Positions 46,330 to 54,283 of a stretch of 64,000 bases of DNA are shown here, piece by piece. Both the position numbers and the translations under genes were made by a program. Numbering within the stretch: the first letter of the stretch is position 1; each line of letters begins with the position of its first letter. The notes under the pieces were generated by a model. It was given only the letters and a program-made list of their open reading frames with translations, had not been told where the DNA came from and did not search any database. Source of the stretch: Myxococcota bacterium. GTDB taxonomy: Bacteria > Myxococcota_A > UBA9160 > SZUA-336. The stretch is from positions 244,318-308,317 of the forward strand of contig JBBDXF010000029.1 in assembly GCA_040902485.1 (NCBI GenBank), given 5' to 3'.

Positions 46330-47835
46330 ATGTTGCAGCAACCCATGCCCAACTCGCCGCAGCCCGACCCGACCGACCAGCTTCTCGGTCGCGTAGCCGT
46401 CGCCGCCAAGCTGATCAGCATGGAGCAGCTCGCGATCGCGACGCGCGACCAGGGCCGGAAAGGGCTCGCCAAGAGCCTGGGCGAGACGCTCGTCGAGCTC
46501 GGGTTTCTGACGCCGGCGGCGCTCGCCAAGGTGGTCGAGCTGCAGAAGTCGGTGATGGAGAAGGCCAAAGCCAAGCAGGCCTCCGCCGCTGAGCCCGCGC
46601 CTGCCGGCACGCCCAAGGCGCCGACGCCCGCGCGCGAGCTCGGCGTGGAGACCGACGGGCGCGCGATGCGTGCACACGCGCAGTCCGCGGTCGCCTCGGG
46701 CGTCGCGCCCCGCGCCGCCGCGGCGGGACCGGTGCCCGCCAGGTCCGGGCCGACCGGCAATGGACCGATCGCGCTCGATCGCGGCCTCGACAATCTGCTG
46801 ATCGAAGCCTCGGGCCGCCTCGCGAGCGACGTGCACCTGCACAGCGGCGCGAGCCTGCGCGTCCGCGTGCGCGGAGCGCTGGTCGAGGTGCCGGATACGA
46901 AGGTCACGCAGGCCGACGCCGAGCGTCTGATCCTGCCCATGCTCTCCGCCGACGAGAAGGCGCTGCTCGAGGCCAACGGCGAGCTCGACCTCGCCTACAC
47001 CGTGAAGGGCCTCGCCCGCTTCCGCGTGAACGTGTACCGCCAGCTGCGCGGGCTCGACGCGACGCTGCGCCGGATCTCGCTCAAGCCGCCGACGCTGGCC
47101 GATCTGAACCTGCCCAGCGCCTTCGCGAAGTTCACGAACTTCCACCAGGGCATGGTGCTGATCACGGGTCCCTCGGCGTGCGGCAAGTCGTCGACGATGG
47201 CGGCGCTGGTGAATCTGGTGAACGAGGAGCGCGCCGAGCACATCCTGACCGTCGAGGATCCGATCGAGTACCTGCACAGCTCGAAGCGCTGCATCGTGAA
47301 CCAGCGCAACGTCAGGCGTCACACCGAGTCGTTCGCGCGCGCGCTGCGCGCCGCCCTGCGCGAGGACCCGGACGTGATCGTGATCGGCGAGCTGCGCGAC
47401 CGCGAGACCATCTCGCTCGCCATGACCGCCGCCGAGACCGGCCACTTCGTGCTCGCGACGCTGCACACCGACAACGCGGTTCGCACCGTGAACCGGATGA
47501 TCGGCTCGTTCCCGCCCGACCAGCAGGAGCAGGTGCGCGCGATGCTCTCCGAGTCGCTGCGCGCGGTGATCTCGCAGCGGCTGCTGCCGCGCGCGAACGG
47601 GATCGGCATGGTGCCCGCCGTCGAGGTGCTGGTCACCAACCGCGCCGTCGGCAACCTGATCCGCAAGAACGAGACCGTGCAGATCCGCTCGACCATGCAG
47701 ACCGGCGCGGCGCAGGGCATGAACCTGCTCGACATGTCGCTCGCGCAGCTCGTGAAGGCCGGCACGGTGAAGCGCGAGGACGCGCTGATCCACGCCGAAG
47801 ACCCGAAGCTGATCCCGGCGGCTCCGGCGGGATAG
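46330..47835 (+). CDS. PilT/PilU-family type IV pilus retraction ATPase with ~170-aa N-terminal extension (GspE-N/PilB-N-like)
   Basis: Walker A GPSACGKSST, AIRNLIRE-like NLIRKNE, His box. The N-terminus (VAVAAKLISMEQLAIATRDQG…LGFLTPAAL) resembles the T2SSE N-terminal domain. Start may be 46330 or 46345. Confidence 0.75.
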   Translation: MLQQPMPNSPQPDPTDQLLGRVAVAAKLISMEQLAIATRDQGRKGLAKSLGETLVELGFLTPAALAKVVELQKSVMEKAKAKQASAAEPAPAGTPKAPTPARELGVETDGRAMRAHAQSAVASGVAPRAAAAGPVPARSGPTGNGPIALDRGLDNLLIEASGRLASDVHLHSGASLRVRVRGALVEVPDTKVTQADAERLILPMLSADEKALLEANGELDLAYTVKGLARFRVNVYRQLRGLDATLRRISLKPPTLADLNLPSAFAKFTNFHQGMVLITGPSACGKSSTMAALVNLVNEERAEHILTVEDPIEYLHSSKRCIVNQRNVRRHTESFARALRAALREDPDVIVIGELRDRETISLAMTAAETGHFVLATLHTDNAVRTVNRMIGSFPPDQQEQVRAMLSESLRAVISQRLLPRANGIGMVPAVEVLVTNRAVGNLIRKNETVQIRSTMQTGAAQGMNLLDMSLAQLVKAGTVKREDALIHAEDPKLIPAAPAG

Positions 47836-47849
47836 GGACGAGGCAGGCG

Positions 47850-48914
47850 ATGGCACAGATCGACGAGCTGCTCCGCTACTTGAAGCAGCACAAGGGCTCG
47901 GATCTCCACCTGGTGGCCGGCCTCGAGCCGCGCGTGCGCGTGAACGGCGAGCTGCGCGCGATCGAGAAGGCGACACCGCTCGACGACGCCGGCCTGCGCA
48001 AGCTGATGCGCGAGATCATGACCGACGCGCAGTGGCAGACCTTCTCGAGCACGAAAGACCTCGACTTCGCCTACGGGCTGGAGGGCGTGGCGCGCTTCCG
48101 CGCGAACTTCTTCGTGCAGGAGCGCGGCGCGGGCGCCGTGCTGCGCATGATCCCGGAGAAGATCGTGTCGCTCGAGGAGCTGAAGCTCCCGAAGGCGATC
48201 GAAGGGCTCGCGCACCTGCGCAAGGGGCTCGTGCTCGTGACCGGACCGACCGGCTCGGGCAAGTCGACGACGCTCGCCGCGATCATCGACAAGATCAACC
48301 GCACCTACTGCAAGCACATCCTCACGCTCGAGGATCCGATCGAGTTCGTGCACCAGAACGTGAAGAGCGTGATCTCGCATCGCGAGGTCGGCTCGCACAC
48401 CAACGGCTTCGGACCCGGCCTGCGCGGCGCGATCCGCGAGGACACCGACGTCGTGCTGGTCGGTGAGATGCGCGACTACGAGACGATCTCGCTGGCGCTC
48501 ACCGCCGCCGAGATGGGGCTGCTCGTGTTCGGGACGCTCCACACCAACAACGCGCCGAAGACGATCGACCGCATCGTCGACAGTTTCCCCGCCGAGGAGC
48601 AGCAGCAGGCGCGGCTCTCGCTGGCCGAGTCGCTGGCCGCGGTGGTCTCGCAGCTCCTGCTGCCCACTGCCGACGGCAAGGGCCGCGTGGCGGTGAACGA
48701 GATCATGCTCAAGACCAAGGCGCTGCCGAACATCATCCGCGAGGCGAACGTGTCGATGCTCGGCTCGTTCATCCAGCAGGGCAAGCAGGACGGCATGCAG
48801 CTGATGGACGACGCGCTCTTCGAGCTGGTGCAGAGCAAGCGCGTCGCGCCCTACGACGCGTTCATGAAGGCGGGCGACAAGCCGCGCTTCGAGGTCCTGC
48901 TCCCCAAGGAGTGA
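47850..48914 (+). CDS. pilT: twitching motility protein PilT
   Basis: 354 aa. Walker A GPTGSGKSTT, Asp box, His box (TLHTNNAPKTIDRI), and C-terminal GMQLMDDAL. Confidence 0.85.
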   Translation: MAQIDELLRYLKQHKGSDLHLVAGLEPRVRVNGELRAIEKATPLDDAGLRKLMREIMTDAQWQTFSSTKDLDFAYGLEGVARFRANFFVQERGAGAVLRMIPEKIVSLEELKLPKAIEGLAHLRKGLVLVTGPTGSGKSTTLAAIIDKINRTYCKHILTLEDPIEFVHQNVKSVISHREVGSHTNGFGPGLRGAIREDTDVVLVGEMRDYETISLALTAAEMGLLVFGTLHTNNAPKTIDRIVDSFPAEEQQQARLSLAESLAAVVSQLLLPTADGKGRVAVNEIMLKTKALPNIIREANVSMLGSFIQQGKQDGMQLMDDALFELVQSKRVAPYDAFMKAGDKPRFEVLLPKE

Positions 48915-48944
48915 GCCCCGCCCGCGCGTGGTAGGCTCGCGTTC

Positions 48945-49559
48945 ATGGTCGTCCTGAACGTCTGGTCGGACTACCTCTGACCGTGGTGCCACGTCGCAGC
49001 GGTCCGGCTGCGAGGAATCGAGCAGGAGTTCGGCGACACCGTCGAGCTGCGCTGGAAGAGCTTCCTGCTGCGGCCGCGGCCCGAGCCGGGCCGCGACCTC
49101 GAGAAGTTCCGCCGCTACACCGAATCGTGGCGGCGGCCCGCGGAAGAGGAGCCGAGCGCGGTGTTCCGGGTCTGGCAGAGCGACGAGGGACCGCCGTCGC
49201 ACAGCATTCCGGCGCACCTGCTCGCGAAGGCCGCCGCGGCGCTCGGCCGCGACGCGTTCGAGCGCGTGCACCGGGCGCTCTTGCGCGGGTACTTCGAGGA
49301 CAACCGCGACATCTCGAACGCGAAGACGCTGCGGGCGATCTGGCTCGAGCAGGGACTGCCCGAGGGCGAGTTCGCGCGCGCCGACGACCCCGCGCTCCTC
49401 GCGCAGGTCATCGAAGAGCACGACCAGGCGGTCGAGCTCGACGTCGGCGGCGTGCCCGCCGTGCAGATGGAGGGCAGCGACGCCGCCATCACCGGCGCGC
49501 ATCCCGCGGAGCTCTATCGGCGCTGGCTGAAGAAACGACTCACGGAGGAATCGCCATGA
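48945..49559 (+). CDS. DsbA/FrnE-like thiol-disulfide oxidoreductase with in-frame TGA (codon 12) at the first position of the CxxC motif: candidate selenoprotein (UPWC) or disrupted gene
   Basis: ATG at 48945 gives MVVLNVWSDYL-[TGA]-PWCHV…, matching the DsbA N-terminal VxSDxLCPWCY. The same frame continues through EEEPSAVFRVWQSDEG… to the cis-Pro motif GGVPAVQMEG. A 7-bp hairpin (TCGCAGC-GGTCCG-GCTGCGA) lies 13 nt after the TGA. The ORF track shows only a truncated 49161..49559 fragment. Confidence 0.5.
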
Positions 49560-50437
49560 GAATCGGCTTGCAGGTTCCGAGCTTCAGCTGGCCCGGCGGC
49601 GCGGGCGAGATCGGCGCGCGCTTCGCCGAGATCGCGCGCACGGCCGACGACGCCGGCTTCTCGAGCTTCTGGGTCATGGACCACTTCTTCCAGATCCCCA
49701 TGGTGGGACCGGCCGAGCAGGAGATGCTGGAGGGCTACAGCGCGCTCGCATTCGCGGCCGGCGTCACCAAGAGGATCGGTCTCGGAGCGCTGGTCACGGG
49801 CGTCACCTACCGACACCCCGGAGTGTTGGTCAAGACCGCCACCACGCTCGACGTGCTGTCGCGCGGGCGCGCGTACCTGGGCATCGGCGCGGCCTGGTTC
49901 GACCGCGAGCACGCGGGCCTGGGCGTGCCCTTCCCTCCCCTGGCGGAGCGGTTCGAGCGCTTGGAAGAGACGCTGCGCATCGCGCAGCAGATGTGGTCGC
50001 CGGAGAGCGGCCCGTTCCAGGGCAAGCACTACCAGCTCGCCGAAACGCTCTGCTCTCCCCCGCCCGTCTCGAGCCCGCGGCCGAGGATCCTGATCGGGGG
50101 GCTCGGCGAGAAGAAGACGCTGCGCTTGGTCGCGCGCTACGCCGACGCCTGCAACCTGTTCGAGTTCCTCGGCCCCGAGGGCATCGCGAAGAAGCTCGAC
50201 GTGCTGCGCCGCCACTGCGACACCGAGAAGCGCGACTTCGCCTCGATCGAGAAGACGACGCTCGGCACGGTCTGGCTCGCGCCCGGCAAGCACAGCGCGG
50301 CGTCGGTGATCGCGAGCTGTCGCGCGCTCGCCGCGATCGGCGTCGATCAGGCGATCTTCAACCTGCCCAACGTGCACGAGCTCGCGCCGCTCGAGCTGTT
50401 CGGCAAGGAGATCATCCCCGCGCTCGCGGAGCTGTAG
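49556..50437 (+). CDS. LLM class F420/flavin-dependent oxidoreductase (luciferase-like)
   Basis: MRIGLQVPSFSWPGG…FSSFWVMDHFFQ…RIGLGALVTGVTYRHPGVL is a typical luciferase-like TIM barrel. ATGA overlap with the DsbA-like gene. Confidence 0.75.
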   Translation: MRIGLQVPSFSWPGGAGEIGARFAEIARTADDAGFSSFWVMDHFFQIPMVGPAEQEMLEGYSALAFAAGVTKRIGLGALVTGVTYRHPGVLVKTATTLDVLSRGRAYLGIGAAWFDREHAGLGVPFPPLAERFERLEETLRIAQQMWSPESGPFQGKHYQLAETLCSPPPVSSPRPRILIGGLGEKKTLRLVARYADACNLFEFLGPEGIAKKLDVLRRHCDTEKRDFASIEKTTLGTVWLAPGKHSAASVIASCRALAAIGVDQAIFNLPNVHELAPLELFGKEIIPALAEL

Positions 50438-50441
50438 TCGG

Positions 50442-51764
50442 CTACAGCAGCGTGCCGCGCAGGATCAGGCTCGCCGAGCCGAAGTAGATCACCAGCCCCG
50501 ACACGTCGACCAGCGTGGCGACGAACGGGGCGCTGGCGCTGGCGGGGTCGACGCCCAGTCTTCGGAACAGGAACGGCAAGAGCGACCCCGCGATCGTTCC
50601 GAACAGCACCACGCCGAGCAGGCTGATGCCGACGGTCGCGCCGAGCAGCGCCGCGTGCTCGCCGTACACCGGCCAGATCGCCTGCCACAGCACCACGCGC
50701 AAGAAGCCGAGCGCGCCGAGCAGCCCCCCGAGCGCGAGCCCCGCGCCGAGCTCGCGCTGCACCACGCGAAACCAGTCCGACAGCCGCACCTCGCCGAGCG
50801 ACATCGCGCGCACGACCAGCGTCGAGGCCTGCGAGCCGGAGTTGCCGCCGCTCGAGATGATCAGCGGCACGAACAGCGAGAGCACCAGCGCGCGTGCCAG
50901 CTCGTCCTCGAAGTACGCCATCGCCGAGGCCGTGAGCAGCTCCCCCACGAACAGCACCGCGAGCCAGCCGCCGCGGCGCCGCAGCATGCGCGTGAACGCG
51001 ATCTCCAGGTACGGCTGGTCGAGGGCCTCCATGCCGCCGAGCTTCTGGATGTCCTCGGTGGCTTCCGCCTGCACCACGTCGACGATGTCGTCGACGGTGA
51101 CGATGCCCTTCATGCGGCCCTCGGAGTCGACGACCGGCAGCGCGATCAGGTCGTGCTGCGCGAGGATGCCGCTCACCTCTTCCTGATCCTGGTCGTCGCG
51201 CACCGTCACGACGTCGGTGCGCATCACCTCGCGCACGGTGCGCTCGGGCCGCGAGCCGAACAGCTCGCGGAACGAGACCACGCCGAGCAGGCGCTGCTCG
51301 TCGTCGATGGCGTAGAGGTAGGAGAGCAGCTCCATGTTCGTGCGCGCCTGCCTGCGCAGGTAGCCGATCGCCTCGTCGACCGTCATCTCCGGGCGCAGGC
51401 GCGCGTAGCGCGGATTCATCAGCCCGCCAGCCGCGTCCTGCGCGTAGGCGAGCAGCGCGACCACCTCGTGCCGGCTCGCTTCGTCGAGCAGCCCGAGCAG
51501 CCCCTCGCGCTCCGCCTCCGGAACCTGCTGGATCAGGTCGGCGGCGTCGTCGGGCGGCAGCAGGCGCATCCACGCGCGCCGCTCGTTCTTGGGGAACTCG
51601 AGCATCAGGCTCGCGAGGTCCTTGCGCGCGAGGCTCAGGAAGAACTCCTCGGCGTCGTCGTGCCGCAGCAGCCGGAAGCCCTCCAGCCGCTCGTCCGGGG
51701 AGAGGATCCGCCACAGCTTGTGCAGATCCTCGCGGGTGAAGGCGGGCTCGCTCTCGGCCGCCAT
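50442..51764 (-). CDS. mgtE: magnesium transporter MgtE
   Basis: N-terminal MgtE_N, tandem CBS domains, and a C-terminal 5-TM MgtE domain (…GNSGSQASTLVVRAM…). Confidence 0.85.
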   Translation of the reverse strand: MAAESEPAFTREDLHKLWRILSPDERLEGFRLLRHDDAEEFFLSLARKDLASLMLEFPKNERRAWMRLLPPDDAADLIQQVPEAEREGLLGLLDEASRHEVVALLAYAQDAAGGLMNPRYARLRPEMTVDEAIGYLRRQARTNMELLSYLYAIDDEQRLLGVVSFRELFGSRPERTVREVMRTDVVTVRDDQDQEEVSGILAQHDLIALPVVDSEGRMKGIVTVDDIVDVVQAEATEDIQKLGGMEALDQPYLEIAFTRMLRRRGGWLAVLFVGELLTASAMAYFEDELARALVLSLFVPLIISSGGNSGSQASTLVVRAMSLGEVRLSDWFRVVQRELGAGLALGGLLGALGFLRVVLWQAIWPVYGEHAALLGATVGISLLGVVLFGTIAGSLLPFLFRRLGVDPASASAPFVATLVDVSGLVIYFGSASLILRGTLL

Positions 51765-51767
51765 GCC

Positions 51768-52208
51768 TCAGTGCTCCGGCGATTGCGCGCGGATCCAGGT
51801 CGCGGGCGTGAACTTGGCCTCGCTGAGCTCCTCCCACTGCTGGCGAAGCTCGGTCAGCTCGACCTCGTCGCGGCTCGAGCTCTTGATCGCGTCCGCGCGC
51901 GCGGACAGGAAGAACAGCTGCGCGCTGGTCTCGCGCGCGCTCGTGGAGCCGTCGCCGAAAACGATCGCGTTGTGCAGCTCGAGGAACTCCGTCGAGAGCG
52001 CCTTCCAGTCCTCGTCGGAGAGCGCGTCCGTGGAGTAGAGCAGGGCCTCGGCCGCCTCGATGCTCGCTCGGTACGGCGCGGGATCGAGCCGGCCCAGGCT
52101 GTCGGGCGCGGGGGCCGCGACCGGCGCCGAGGGCGCGACGGCGTCGGGCTCCGCGGGCCCGCAAGCGAGCACGAGGCCGAGGCCGACGAGCAAGCGAGCG
52201 AGCTGCAT
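51768..52208 (-). CDS. hypothetical lipoprotein
   Basis: MQLARLLVGLGLVLACGP lipobox. Stop overlaps the mgtE start. No recognisable domain. Confidence 0.4.
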   Translation of the reverse strand: MQLARLLVGLGLVLACGPAEPDAVAPSAPVAAPAPDSLGRLDPAPYRASIEAAEALLYSTDALSDEDWKALSTEFLELHNAIVFGDGSTSARETSAQLFFLSARADAIKSSSRDEVELTELRQQWEELSEAKFTPATWIRAQSPEH

Positions 52209-52215
52209 CGCCCGG

Positions 52216-52890
52216 CTAGTAGGCGTCGATCGCGTCCTCGGGGAAGACGCCAAGGTAGGCGAGCGCGGCATGCGAGAGCTCCTCGACGAGCGAGACTCCC
52301 GGATTCTCCAGGTTTGCGGTGAGCGGGAACAGCAGCCGCTGCAGCATCACCCCGCCGATCAGCCGGCCGGCGAACGCCGCCGCCACCACGGGGACCGGGT
52401 GCAGGATCTCGTGCCTGCGCGCCACGACCAAGCGCGTGAACAGCTCCTCCATGTGCCGCGACATGCGCAGGCCGCGCGCCTGGAACTCCGCGCTCTCCGT
52501 GGCGCGCACCGCGATCGCGCGCCACAGGCCGGCGTGCTGATCCTGGAGCCGCACCTGGAACGCGACCAGCTCGCGCACGATCTCGCAGATCGACGCGTTC
52601 GCCCAGCGCTGCTCGTTCATCGCGGTGTCGGCGGTGGCGATCGCCTCCTCGATGAAGCGCTCGTGCAGCGCGGAGAGCAGCGCGTCCTTGTCGCGGAAGC
52701 GCGTGTAGAAGGCGCCCACCGAGGAGCCGGCGCGGCGCGCGATCTCGGCGACCGAGGCGTCCTCCCAGCGCTTCTCGCGCAGCAGCGATTCGGCGGCGTC
52801 GAGGATCCGGCCGAGCGTCAGGTGACTGCGCGCCTGCCGTGGAGGGCGGACCCATTCGAGCTCGGTCGGTTGAAGCTGGGGGGCGGCCAT
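52216..52890 (-). CDS. TetR/AcrR family transcriptional regulator
   Basis: HTH LGRILDAAESLLREKRWEDASVAEIARRAGSSVGAFYTRFRDKDALL. Lies downstream of an ACAD gene (FadR-like context). Confidence 0.7.
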   Translation of the reverse strand: MAAPQLQPTELEWVRPPRQARSHLTLGRILDAAESLLREKRWEDASVAEIARRAGSSVGAFYTRFRDKDALLSALHERFIEEAIATADTAMNEQRWANASICEIVRELVAFQVRLQDQHAGLWRAIAVRATESAEFQARGLRMSRHMEELFTRLVVARRHEILHPVPVVAAAFAGRLIGGVMLQRLLFPLTANLENPGVSLVEELSHAALAYLGVFPEDAIDAY

Positions 52891-52996
52891 CTCGCGTCTC
52901 CAATCAGAAAAGGGGTGCCGGAATGAGAATTCCGGTTCTGTTCCGCTTGAATACCCGCGGAGGCCCGCGCCGGTCAAGAGGATTTTCAGCGCCCGG

Positions 52997-54190
52997 TCAG
53001 CGCAGCCCGAAGTCCCAGCCGTCCCCGATCTTGTACGAGCCGAGCACGCGCCGGGCGGTGGTGGTGACGTGCACCTCGTCCGGCCCGTCGTAGATGCGGG
53101 CGAAGCGCGCGTGCCGGTACATCCGCTCGAGCGGCGTGTCTTCGGTGACTCCCTTCGCGCCGAACACCTGGATCGCGCGGTCGATCACGTTGTGCAGCAT
53201 CTGCGCGCCGACCACCTTGATGATGCCGATCTCGACGCGCGCCTCCGTGCCCTGGTCGATCTTGTGCGCGGCGTGCAGCGTGAGCAGCCGGCTTCCTTGA
53301 ATCTCGGCGAGGCTGTCGAAGATGAACTTCTGGATCTGCTGGTGCTGGCCGAGCGTCTTGCCGAACGCGACTCTGGTGTTCGCGCGCTCGCACATCAGGT
53401 CGAACGCGCGCTGCGCCTGACCGAGCCAGCGCATGCAGTGGAAGATGCGGCCCGGGCCGAGCCGCCGCTGTGCGATCTTGAAGCCCGCGCCGCGCGGCCC
53501 GAGCAGGTTCTTGGCCGGCACGCGCACGTCGTCGTACGACACTTCGCAGTGTCCGCCGTGCTGACCCATCACGCGCACGTCGCGCACGATGTTGTAGCCC
53601 GGCGTGTTGGTCGGCACGATGATCATCGAGAACGAGTCGTGCGCGGGCACGTCCGTCTCGGTCTTGCACATCACCGTGGTGTAGGCCGCGCGGTCCGCGC
53701 CGCTGGTGAACCACTTGCGGCCGTTGATCACCCAGGTGTCGCCCTCGAGCACGGCGCGGGTCTGCAGCTGCGTCGGGTCCGAGCTCGCGACGTCGGGCTC
53801 GGTCATGCCGAAGCTCGGGAAGATCTCGCCGTCGACCAGGGGCTTCAGGTACTTGTCGCGCCACTCGTTGTCGGCGAACTCGTGGAGCATGATCGAGTCC
53901 TGCAGCGAGTGCGTGCCGAGCGCGACCATCGCCACGCCCGAGCGGCCCACCACCTCGTTCACGTACACGTAGTCCAGGAACGGCAGCCCCTGCCCGCCGA
54001 TCTCCTTGGGGTGCCCGAGCGCCCACAGCCCCTCTTCCTTGGCTTCCTGCATCAGCCGCCGCATGGCGTCGCGGCCCTCCGTGGAGTCGCGGTCTTCGAT
54101 CAGCGGCTCGACCGGGTAGCAGCGCTCCTCGACGAAACGCTCGACGCGCGCGCGGATCGGCTTCACGTGCTCGGGGACTTCGAAGCTCAT
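52997..54190 (-). CDS. acyl-CoA dehydrogenase (FadE-like)
   Basis: FGMTEPDVASSDP…WVINGRKWFTSGA… and a C-terminal FGAKGVTEDTPLERMYRHARFARIYDGPDEVH. Start at MSFEVPEHVK. Confidence 0.8.
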   Translation of the reverse strand: MSFEVPEHVKPIRARVERFVEERCYPVEPLIEDRDSTEGRDAMRRLMQEAKEEGLWALGHPKEIGGQGLPFLDYVYVNEVVGRSGVAMVALGTHSLQDSIMLHEFADNEWRDKYLKPLVDGEIFPSFGMTEPDVASSDPTQLQTRAVLEGDTWVINGRKWFTSGADRAAYTTVMCKTETDVPAHDSFSMIIVPTNTPGYNIVRDVRVMGQHGGHCEVSYDDVRVPAKNLLGPRGAGFKIAQRRLGPGRIFHCMRWLGQAQRAFDLMCERANTRVAFGKTLGQHQQIQKFIFDSLAEIQGSRLLTLHAAHKIDQGTEARVEIGIIKVVGAQMLHNVIDRAIQVFGAKGVTEDTPLERMYRHARFARIYDGPDEVHVTTTARRVLGSYKIGDGWDFGLR

Positions 54191-54283
54191 GGCGGTGGGG
54201 TGCTCCTCTCGAAGGGGCACCCAGCGTATTCCCCGCGCCCGGGGCTGGGCAAGCGATGGGCTTTGGGCTACCCAACGCGTCGA

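Noticed and set aside
53069-54283. N-terminal 405 codons of the 1194-aa plus-strand ORF
   Set aside because: Antisense to the FadE-like acyl-CoA dehydrogenase; helicase motifs begin only after MATPATPAW at 54284.
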